From contig PS015177.1 in assembly GCA_048213135.1 (NCBI GenBank), positions 34,432 to 68,759 of the forward strand: a DNA stretch of 34,328 nt, read 5' to 3'. The stretch is from Reclinomonas americana ATCC 50394. Its lineage: Eukaryota. The notes below the pieces were generated by a model. The model made no database searches. It saw only the letters and a list, made by a program, of their open reading frames with translations, and was not told the origin of the DNA. Below, piece by piece: positions 11,765 to 22,900 of this stretch. Position 1 is the first letter of the stretch; each line of letters opens with the position of its first letter. The translations under genes and the position numbers were made by a program.

Positions 11765-14700
11765 TTATCGGGCTTCGGCGATGGAGCTGTGCCGGCTGTG
11801 TCTGCTGGCGGCAAAGTGAGCAAAGGAAGGAAGTGATGCGTGGTGTGACGATGGCATACCTGGCGCCGGCAGAGGAAGGGCGGCCGGAGGGAGAGCGCGT
11901 GCTGCCGCCTGGCGAGGAGGCAAGCAGCTGGGCGGCGGTGACAACGGTTCCCGAGTTGGATCTCGAGTGCCTGCGAGGCGAGTGCGTAGGAGGCGAGTGA
12001 GTCCATGAGAGATTGAAGAACCCGAGGGATACGATCCACTGACCCGCCGCGTGAGGGTGCCGATGCGGGTGTTGGCGAGGCAGGCGCTGCGGAGCCATTC
12101 GAATACTGGGTGGGAGTGGCGCGCGGAACCACTGGCTCACTAATGTCGCCGGTCACGCGTCGCCGGTGACCGCTGGCCGCACTGGCTGAGGCCGGTCGTT
12201 TGACGGCCTCGCTCTTTGGTGACGTCTGCAGCACGAACCGACTTTGTCAGAAAAAAATCCACACAGCCGGGCGACATTTTCTCCACAAACCTCGTTCATC
12301 AACAAGACGGCCGAGGGTCGCACAAAAATGCCATAGTCCATGGGAGCGGCAAAGTACTTGACTCCCATCACTGCGCCGTCATTCTTGCCGACTGCCGCAC
12401 GCCTCCGTCGGTGAGTGGCATAAAGAGAAAGCAAAAAAAAGCGTGCAAAAACATGACGCAACATGGTTGATCGAGTTCCACGCCGATCCACACACCCGGT
12501 GCGAACTGCACGTCGCCATTGTAGCGCACAGTGCCAGCGTGCTGTCGGCCCGTGGCCTTGACACGCGTGCCCACTGGCAGTGATGCGGCACGAGAACTCT
12601 CATCCGCCTGTGACACGGTGAGTGACTCTTCTTCTGCTTTCCCCAATCCTTTCCCTCACACGCACCTCGGTGTAGTGCAGCTCCGTCAGTGGAGCCGCGG
12701 CGGCGGCGGCAGCGGTGGGCGATGGGCGCNNNNNNNNNNNNNNNNNNNNNNNNNNNNNNNNNNNNNNNNNNNNNNNNNNNNNNNNNNNNNNNNNNNNNNN
12801 NNNNNNNNNNNNNNNNNNNNNNNNNNNNNNNNNNNNNNNNNNNNNNNNNNNNNNNNNNNNNNNNNNNNNNNNNNNNNNNNNNNNNNNNNNNNNNNNNNGG
12901 TGGCATGGCAGGTGGCCGGTGTGCCATTGGTGAGTCGTTGGCCATCGAGTCGTGCACGGTGACTGAGGAGGAGGACGACGAGGGTGTGTCTGCAGCGGCG
13001 GCGGCGGCGGCGGCGGCGTGTGGTGGTCGGTGATAGTTGGCCTGCGGTGGCGTGCTTGGCACCGGCATGGGCAAGTGGTGCGCAATGTCGGGAGCCGACT
13101 GTCGACGCCGCGCAGTGACGCCCGGCGGTGGTGGAGGCATGGCGGCAGCATCGTTGGCTCCGTTCTGTGCGGCCGCCGCGGTGGAGGTGGCGGTGGCGGT
13201 TGGCGGCGCAGGTGTGGGAGCGGGATTGTCGACCACCGAGTGGCGACGCACCCAGAACTTGCGCGCCTTCTCCTCGGCCACCTTGACAGCCGACGGCGAA
13301 GCCGGCACCGGTGCCGGCGCCTCGGTCGGCGACTGTGGCACCGTCAGATCGCTGAGCATCGAGATGGAGGTCGTGCGCCGCGAGCCCTTCTTCCAGAAAC
13401 CGCTGCGAGGCGTGGTACCCGAGGGCGAGCCGGGTGTCGGACCGTCCTCGCCAGCCGCCGCCGTGGCATCGACCTCGAGGTACATTTTCTGTCGATCAAT
13501 GGCCTTGTTTGCAGCGCTCAGCTGCACGCAGAGAAGAGAGAGAAAAGGGTCAGGGGGAAGAGTAGGAGGTGCAGCAGCAGCACGACGCACCCTGGTCTTG
13601 TACTTGGTGACCTCATCGCGCAACCCATTGACCAACGTCGTCAGCGCGCCAGTGCGCTGCCTCTCCAACTCCAGCTGCGTCTGCAACTCCTGCGCCAGCT
13701 CGCCATCGCTTTGCCGGCCGCCTCCAAACTTCAACAGCAGCGACTCGTTCTGCTTCTTCATCTTCTCCAGCTGTGTGCATNNNNNNNNNNNNNNNNNNNN
13801 GGAGGAGATGGCGCGGATCAGAGAGGAGGGGGAGGAGGGGGAGGAGGAGGAGGAGGAGGAGGAGGAGGAGGGGAAAGGGGCGAGGGGAAGGAGGAGGAGG
13901 AAGAGATGGAGAAGACGAAGAAGCTTAGTGAGGAGGAGGAGAAGGAGAAGAAGAAAGAAGGAGCAGGAGGAGGAAGAGGAGCAGAAGGAGGAGGAAGAGG
14001 AGCAGAAGGAGGAGGAAGAAGAAACTGCACGAAGACGAAAGAGCTAGAGGAAAAACAAGAAGGAGAAGAAGAAGGAAGAGATGGAGAAGGAGAAGGAGAT
14101 GGAGAACGAGAAGCAGAGGACGAGAGGGGAGGGGGGAGGAGGAGGAGGAGAAGAAGAAGAAGAAGGAGAAGAAGGCGCATGGAGGAAATGTATTCGACGA
14201 CGAAAGAGCCAGAGGAGAAACAAGAACAAGAAGAAGAAGGCAGCGAAGAGAAGGACAATCAGAAGCAGAACAAGAACTCAGAGGAGGAGGAGAAGGAGAA
14301 GAAGAAGAAGAAAAAGAAGAAGAAAGAGCAGGAGGAGGAGGAGCAGAAGAAGGAGAAGAAGAAGAGGGATGAGAGATGCATTCGACGACGAAAGAGCCAG
14401 AAGAGGAGAAACAAGAACAAGAAGAACAAGGCAAAGAAGCGAAGCACACGAAGGAGGAGCAGAGCAAGAACTCAGAGGAGGAGGAGAAGAAGAAGAAGAA
14501 GAAGAAGAAAGAGCCAGAGAAGAAACAAGGAGAAGAAGGAAAAGAAGAGAAGCACGCAAAGGAGGAGGAGCAGAGCAAGAACTCAGAGGAGGATGAGGAG
14601 ACCAAGAATGATCAATCGATGATCGATCCATGCGGATTACCTCTCGCTCCAATCTAAAGTTCTCCACCTCCAGTCGATTGATGCGCTGCGCCTGGAACGC

Positions 14701-15019
14701 CATCTCCTCGCGCACCGCCGGCGGCACCGACGAGTCGTCAATCGAGGCCGCCTGAGAGCCTCCCAAACGTCGCAACTCGGCCAGCTCTGCGCCCGGATTG
14801 ATGTGATGCCGCTCAATCAGCTCCCACAAGTGATCGGTCTCCTCGCGCAGACGAGAGTTGTGCGCGAGGAGCTCATAGTTCTGTGCGCGCGCGTGTGTGA
14901 GTGTGTGTGTGTGTGAGGAAAAACCGCACTCTGTGTGTGCATGCGTGTGTGTTTGTTACCTCGGCGAGCACCGACTCTAGTCGTTGTGTGTTGCGGGGAG
15001 AGGGTGAGGGCGATGTCAT
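11765..15019 (-). CDS. Coiled-coil / low-complexity / CAP-Gly domain protein (microtubule plus-end-binding candidate), about 9 exons
   Basis: Probable start MTSPSPSPR at 15019. N-terminal coiled coil (LESVLAE|NYELLAHNSRLREE; LERE|LEKMKKQNESL). The spliced CAP-Gly domain reads LPVGTRVKATGRQHAGTVRYNGDVQFAPGVWIGVELDQPFGKNDGAVMGVKYFAAPMDYGIFVRPS. The last exon and TAA stop at 11765 are less certain. Confidence 0.8.
13801..14610. repeat. Purine-rich (GAG/GAA) degenerate tandem repeat inside the ~870-nt intron 13771-14640 of the CAP-Gly gene
   Basis: Almost pure A/G on the + strand. Recurrent blocks such as CGACGAAAGAGCCAGA..GAGAAACAAGAACAAGAAGAA and AGCAGAGCAAGAACTCAGAGGAGGA. Flanked on the - strand by a GTAATC donor (14640) and a CACAG acceptor (13771) that join coiled-coil exons in frame. 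Confidence 0.85.
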
Positions 15020-15102
15020 GACGGAGGAGGAGTGAGAGTGAGTGAGAGGCGCCAAGCGGAAATTTCGTGATTTGCGCGGTGATTGCGAGAGAGGGAGTGT
15101 GT

Positions 15103-15105
<3 letters not shown>

Positions 15106-15168
<63 letters not shown>

Positions 15169-15294
15169 CGAACGACGACGACGACGACGACACTACTACT
15201 CTCTCTCTCTCCTCCTCCTCCTTCGTCGTTAGTACGTACGTACTACGTACGTTCGTTGTAGTAGTTAGTTAGTTNNNNNNNNNNNNNNNNNNNN

Positions 15295-15343
<49 letters not shown>

Positions 15344-15362
15344 CGAGAGAGAGAGAGAGAGA
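15106..15362. repeat. (GA)n microsatellites flanking an assembly gap
   Basis: Near-perfect GA runs at about 15106-15164 and 15295-15362. Confidence 0.95.
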
Positions 15363-16962
15363 ATGCAGAACGCAGGCACGACACTCAATCTCTCTCTCTC
15401 TCCCACTCCCTTGCTTGATCGATCAGTCTGTGATGATTGTTGTGAGCAGTGATCGAGTGATTGGGGAGAGTTGTCGAGGGGATTTAGAAGGGAGAGTTGT
15501 ACGAAGGCAGCGGGGAAGGGAGAGGGAGGGAGAGCGTGTGTGTGATTGGATGCACGCGTCGTTGTCGCTCGAGGAGTATACATTTTTTGGCGCCAGTTTG
15601 TGATTGAGACTGTGTGCATTTGTCGTGGTTTCGGCGGTGTCTGAAGTTTGACGCGACTGCGTGTACGGCGAAGGTTGTCGTACGCTGACGACATGTCGAT
15701 ATCGTGGCTAGGTAACGACATACGAATCGTGCATGCTTACACAGGACTGCGAGCTCGACAGCTGTCTTGGTGACCAAGTTCAACAGAAGGCAACTGGTCG
15801 CTTTGAAGGGAACGAGATCTAGAATGCGTGTTTGTGCGCCGCGATCCGTCTGTTGCATTATGCAGCAAGCGTGTCTCTTGATGAGCAATCAATCAATCGC
15901 TGCTGCTTGCCAATGAAAAACTACCGGAGTTGTCTTTGGGCAGGTGATTTCCGCGCTGCAGTGCTTTCCGTCGGGTACCCCTGGCCGTTGTCGGTATTTT
16001 GGTGCTGTCAGCCTGACCGGTTTGCGCGTAGCAACTCGTTCGGAGACTCAGCTTGTGCTTCCAGAATGGCAATTGTGCATGATTCGTACGTCGTCGCCGT
16101 CGTCGTCGTCAGTGCAACGGCGCGATTGATATCAGTGAGCCGTGCTTAGCACGATATCGCCATCTTGTGCGACACCGCACATTCTTCCTTTCTTCTTTGC
16201 AGATTCGAGTTGGCGCTCGCCCACTTCGATCCTCAACAGCGGACGATCGCGATCGACCACCACCAAGCTTTCTGTTGCGAGCTTCGAATGATGACAACGA
16301 CGCATGGGACTCGACCGAAAGACGTGTGATATTCTTTGTGATCGTGACGCGGTAACGTCTGCGCTGTTTCAGAGTTTTCTTTCGCGAATCTGGCCATGCG
16401 ACATATCACAATATGACGAGTTCTTGAACAAACCCGAGCGTGAACAAGATTCGGCAAAGAAGACTGTTGTGCTGCCAAAGAACATCGCGTACGTCGTCAA
16501 ACTGGCAGACAAGACCCCTCCCCAACTATAGAATCTCTCCGGCCTCGCGAAATGCGCTGCGCATGTTCGAAAGTCTTTCGCCCGTTGCGTTCAATCATTC
16601 TGTGCGCTTCTCTTTTACCGGCGAGCGCAGACAAGCACCAGTTCTTTGTCGGTGCGCTGGTTCACGGTTGCACACTGCACACAACGCACACACACTGAGA
16701 ACTCTCCAATCCATTGGCGTGTGTTCGGGCGTGGTTTCGTGTCGTGCGTCGCATCTCCTCACAGATCTCTCCCTCTCTCAATCGTCGACCAACTGCACTC
16801 CCCCTGTTTCGCCTTGTATGCGTGTCATCAGGAGAGTCACACCACCACTCAGAGATCTACCACGCCTCGCACTCTCTGCGTCGCACACTGCCTCGCGCAC
16901 ACCACTAACATGTGCATGTCTTCCAGACACTGCTGAAATTTTCTGTGCTCGAAAACTCTAAA

Positions 16963-19900
16963 ATGACCTTGTCCGAGTTCTTCGAGGCGGTCGCCCTTCA
17001 GCTGGGCCAGCTCCACCGTCAGAGCCCGCTCTTCTCCTCTGTTGCGTTTGTGCTCCACCTCCTGTTTCCTCTTGTCGCCACCGTTACAGTGTGTGAATCT
17101 GACATACAATGTGCGCAGCATGTCATCGTCGACGCGCTCTCGCTCATTGCCGTTCATGCGAGCTTGCTAATGCTCGTCTTCGACCCGGCTGTTGTTGGCG
17201 ACACGGGCAACAAGTTGTTCATCGGCGCAGAGCTTTTACCTTCTTCGGTGAGTGACTTTGTAGACACAAGTGTGCGAATGATGGAGTACTTGCCAAAAAC
17301 AAACAATTACAACAGATGTCTCTGGCTCGCCTGTATGCCGCCTGGCTGTTTGCCGCTGCCTTCCTGGTGCTATTGCTTCTGCAGCTGCGCCGCCTTTATC
17401 GCCAACAGAAAGCCGAGCACGCCAACGCAAGCAGTGGACTCGGAGTGTCCGCAAACTCGTTTGCCGCCGGACTTGTCCGCTTCCAGGTTAGTCTCTCGAT
17501 CTCTCTCCTTCTTTCTCTATGCGCGTGTGTGTGTCTCCGATGGATGGTGTTCCCTCTCCTTCTTCCTCTCCATGCACACACACACACATAGTGTGTCTGA
17601 GTTGTCTGAGTTGTCTCTGCGGTGCAGCTGGCGCTGGTGGTCGGGCCCATGCTGCCTTCACTGACGCTGCTGTTCATGCGTCCACTGCACTGTGACTTCA
17701 ACTCGCTGGCGCATCTGAGTATGCAGCTGAGTCCGGATGCTGCTGGCTGGAGTTGCGTGCATGCGTGCCACCTCTGGCGGAATCACGCGCTCACGCACGC
17801 TCACACAGAATGCGACGACCCGACCAACGTGTTTCTGGGCTCCGTCGGCCTGCTGTTCACGCTGTTGCTGTGCTTCCTCGCCGTATTGGTCCCGCTGCTG
17901 TTGCGTGATGGCATGCATGCATGCACGCACGCATTGTGAATCATCATCACATCCAATGTCGTCGTCGTCACACAGATCGCTGGACTTCCGACCGACCTCG
18001 CGTCTGTGGAGTGCTGGTGTGCTGAGTGGCCGCTACGTGGCAGCTGTCAATGTGGTGCGAGTGGCACTCGCAGTGACGCACACGTATGTGGCCAAGGCGG
18101 TGCCGTTGGCGCATGTGGTGGTGGCGGCACTTGGTGCGGTGGTGTTGATGGTCGGCCTGCTGCGTTATCTTCCGTTGCATGTGCGTGCATCGGTGAGTTT
18201 CGCGACGTCGTGGTGTGCGGCGGTGGTGTTGGCGGCGTGCGGCTGTGGGTACCTGGCGGTGACGCACCAGTGGAAGTCGCTGCTGGGGTCGGTGTTGGTC
18301 ATGGAGGCTGTGATTGTGGGCGCCAGCGTGGCGGTCGGGTTGGCGATTGGCGTGCTGCTAGTGCACTTGCGACACAAGCAGATTTGCCGCGGCGTGGATC
18401 GCTTTGTGACAACCATGGCCGTGGGCGGCGGCTCGACGGCTGGGTCGGTGGTCTCCCAGCTGGGCGCAGGCAGTCTCGTGGGGCTGTCGAGTCCCACTGC
18501 GCGGTACCTGGTGCGTGGCGCGGGAAGTATATTCGTGCTGTGCCGTATCCTCACCTCGCGTATGTGTGCATCGGTGGGAGACAGCGTGGCGCAGGGTCGG
18601 TGAACGGCAGTGGTGGTGTGGATGACGGCAAGTTCGAGAGCGAGCTGCGAGACCTGTTCCCGCATGTGTGGTCTGTCGAGCTGGCTGCGCGACTGCCTCC
18701 CGCATCAGCGCCAGACGCGTGGGGTCGAGCAATGGATCTGTTTGAGCTTGGTACACTAACCCTGTGTGTGTCTCTTATCTGGGTGACGACACGAGTGATC
18801 TGACGACCTGCTTGGTGACGCAGGTCGTGTACGATTTTCGCAGAGCGAGTCAGATGTGGTGCCGCTGCTGCACGTGGTCTACATGTGGAGCTTCGGGGCG
18901 GAGGTCGAACAGGCGCAGCAGCTGATCGCAGAGATTTCGGCGCGCAATGAGGTGAAGGCGACGCTGAGTGTCGACATGCGGCGTGTGGTGACGGAGGTGA
19001 CGTCGACGTTTGCGCAAGATATCAACTTCAAGGAGAAGTTGTACCGTACGCGGCTGGCCGCAGTGCACCAGATATGGTGTCAGTGCTATGTCGTACTGCT
19101 GTCGTTGTGGCGGCAGCTGGAGCAGAATGGACGAGGTGTGTTGCTGTCATGTGTGTTTGTTTGCCTCGAAGGATATTGCTTGCTGACCGTCACGCCGCCA
19201 CAGAGGACAAGGTGCTGACCCTCCTGCTCACGCTGAAAGAGCACGAGAGCAAATGCGATGCGCTCTTCAAGGGCATGATGAGCGACTTTCCGGATCAAGC
19301 GGAGCTCGTCCTGTGGTATGCGCAGGTGAGAGTGGTCGAGGCGATAGTCTTTCGCAAGTGCCGAGTCTGATCGTGCAAGCAGTTTGTGTCCGAAATCAAG
19401 AACGACGAACTGGGCAGCCGACGACTGGACGATCTTGCGGAACAGCTGTCCTCTGGCGACGGCACGGACACGCAGAACCGAACCAAGGAGCGAGCATTCG
19501 CATTGGACGAGGCCACGATGGTGAGTTGGAGGAGTTTGGGCGGTGCTTGTGTGCTCAGTGATTGTTGCTGATGAGCCGGATCGTGTTGGCAGCGACTGCG
19601 CGAGTTTGCCTTCCGGCGCGAGCGCATTCTGAGCGATGAGAGCCACTCGAACAGCGATGATACAATGAGTGGGGACGAGCACGGCGACGGCATGCAGCAG
19701 GACGGTGGCTCGAGCAGCAGCAGCGTCAGCACTGGTGAGATCGTGAAAGAGAGGTGAATGGAAAGACGTAGCTGACTCGCTCTTGCTTATGCAAAGTGGT
19801 GGAAGAGATCGACGTGCCGGTTGGGGAGGCGCTGCGCGGGACGTCGGTGTATGTGTCGAAGCGCACAGAGGGCGATGGTGAGTGAGAAAGATGAGTTGCC

Positions 19901-22900
19901 GTGAAGTCTCCGTCCGTGTCGTGTTTTCACACATGCTGCAGGCAAGCAGCACGGAATGCAGATGGCAGCAAGCCCACGCGGTGCGAAAGCTGGCGTAGCG
20001 GCAAGCAAGCTGCAGGTGTGTTTGTCAGGTTCCCCCGAAAGCCTTGCGCTCGAACTGCATTTTCAACGATGCGCACAGGACCAACAGCACCGTGGCCTGT
20101 CGAGCACCGCATCGAAGCGCCTGAGTTGCGTCAACAATGTTGTTATTCCTCTTTACACGTTGCATCTGGAGCTGACGAGGTGGTGTACGTGTAGACTTTG
20201 CGGGGAGTGAGCAGCTTGCACGGCATTCGTCAAACCGTGACGCGCAGATCGACAACCGTAGTGACCACGGATCGTCGATTGGTGGTGGCAGGTGTGTGTG
20301 TCTGACAACGGTAAGCGGTGAGGTGCAAATCACTGATCGATGTGTGCTTTTCGCTCTTGTTCAGCTCGAAGCACTCGGGCGGCAGTTCGATGCGATCGGG
20401 AGTGAGTGCAGACAGCACTTCATCGGCGCTCTTGCGAAGGACGATTATTGCGGAGAAGGTGTGACGACGCTTCTCTTGCACGTTTTGCGACTTGGTTCTC
20501 ACCTACTGCATCTGCGCTCACAGAACCCCGCGACAACACGTGCGTGCTGGGTGCTTTTGACGATGACGATCGCATGTTTGGTGGCCTTGGCGTTTGTGTT
20601 TGCACGCTCAAGCACAATGGTTCAGTTGTTCAACGACAAGAGCAGCCTGTTTTCCAGCTTGTCGACGGCAAGGTACATCCATCGTCGGGTGCATGCTACG
20701 GAAAGAATATCGACAGTCGCCAATCTGTGGTCTTGTGTCGCAGCACATATGCCGCGCGTGTGGGATTTACCGCTTGGCGAATGTGGAGTCATCGAGCAAC
20801 CGCCGACTCGGTCGAGGCTCTTCGCCTGTTTTTGCCTTCGAATACAACTGTTGTGCGCGGCGCTCTCGAACTGCTGGTTGATCGGTAAGAATCGTGTACT
20901 ATCTCTCGCTCTCTCTCTCTATGCTATTGCGTGCAGCGAGTGTAACTGCGATTTCCGAGCCAGAGACTTCTCGGTGGAGAGTACGGTGCCGGTCACCTAC
21001 ACCACTACCATCTACTCCAACTCGACCGGCATGATTTCATCCGTAGCACAACCGAGCATTGATTTCCTGGTGAACTACGTTGACAGTGCCGCGGTATGAG
21101 TTTGTTTGTTACTCGTTGCGTGTTTATTCTATATTCAAAGCTCCTCAATCTTCTGGGTGCAGGACTTGTTCCACATGTCGCTGGCCACCATCACTTCCGC
21201 CGTCCGCGAGGAGTCGCTGGTGAAAATCCTTGCAAATACCGACTTGGCCAACAATGCCATCTACCGCATCGCGCAAGAAGTCAACACGCGAACAGTGGAG
21301 GCCGCAGCCAGTTACTCTGCCGAAGCGTGGATCGACTTTGCTGTGGTGGCTGGGTGCGTGTGTGTGTGTGTGTCCCGCCACTGAGACGGGCGCAGTTTAC
21401 TCACGCGCGTGAGATGGCAGGCTGTGCATCGGCCTGCTGCTTGTGGTGTTCCTGCCGATAATGCTGACAGTCCACCGTGGATTGACCAAGAGTCTGCGCG
21501 CGTTTGCAATGATTCCAAAGGATGCAGCACGTGATGTCCACCACAGTCTGCGTGATCGATACCTCAACTACCTGGAGGCATCGGAGGTTGCACGCGATGT
21601 TGCGTTTGGCCTCTGGTTCCCGCCTGTTGATGATGCTGTGCCTGTTACTTACTGATCGCACCGATTTCACAGGGTGTCCATCCGTCGACAGTGGTGACCA
21701 GCAAGTACCTGCCGACGCAGTGCACTCGTGCAGACATGCAGTTCACACACAACATCTTCTTCCGCGCGTGCGTGGTGGTGATGGTGGCATTCATCGCCTC
21801 TGCATGCATGTCGTTTCGTGGTGACAGCTCTGTGTTGATTGTTATCTTGCGAATTGTTCACACTCTCCGTTGTGTGGTGTTTGTGTCTCACAGGTACAGC
21901 GCATCAATCATTGCGAATGAGACTGTGCGATGCATGAACGTGTCCAGCAAGGCACAAGCCCGAGCCACGGCCTTCCCCGTGGTCGTGATGGTCTCCATGC
22001 AGTACATCAATCCAGCAGGTATCTTGCCCAGAGAGCAGGTACAGACACGACTGCAGTCGTTGGTTGCTCTGGTGCGTTTAGCGCTTGCCCGTCGCTGTGG
22101 CGTGTTTGGGCGAAGAGTGTTGCTGACCAGTGCACATTGTAGGCCCGTGAGAATCAGAGGGTCGCCTCGGAACTCGTCATGAACAATGGGTGGGATGCAG
22201 CCGCAGACGAAGCTCAACACTCGATGTTGTATGATCCGCGCTGCACGCCACGTGAAGCGGCGATTGTCACCAATCCGCCGTGGGTGCAACAGGTCAAATG
22301 CCTGCCGATCTACGATTTGGTATGTGTTGCTCTCCTTCGCGACAGTGTTTTTTCTTCGCTTCTAAGTGCCGCCTCCTCCAACCGCACAGGCGAGGAGTGT
22401 TCTCGATGCTGCCGAGTTGCTGGCGTCTCAGTTCAACAACCCGGTGACTGCTAAAGACAAGGACATTATCGAGTTTTTTGTGGCAGCCAGGCCAGTTGTT
22501 GGAGGATACAATGTTCTGAGTGCCAAGGTGAGTGGTGCATGAACTCGAGTATGTATCTATCTGTACGACTCACACATGTTGCACGCGATCTGCAGGTTCT
22601 GTTGGACGGCCTTACACGCTACGTGGCGCGCTTCAAGTTCCTGTCAGAGGCGATGTTGGTGATGGGCATTCTCGTGACGCTGGTCGGGTCGATTGTCTTC
22701 ATGGCTCCGTCGCTTGGCGAGGCCGATCAGCAGCTGCGTTTCTTCAAGCGATCACTGATGCGAGTGCCAACTTCGGTGGTCACCACCGTGGCGGACCTGC
22801 AAGTGCAGCTACTTCCTCGTTGCGTTGTAGTGTGGCCATGCACCTACGTATATCTGTACAGTATCGTGTACAACTGACTGCGAGAGTCGACAGATGCATT

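Noticed and set aside
13018-14622. 534-aa E/K/R-rich ORF on the + strand and overlapping ORFs
   Set aside because: It is antisense to the CAP-Gly gene and stays open only because a purine-only repeat lacks stop codons. It has no domain signal.
15165-15274. ACGACG/TACG/TAGT repeats after the (GA)n tract
   Set aside because: Same microsatellite-to-gap context as above; probable read-end artefact.
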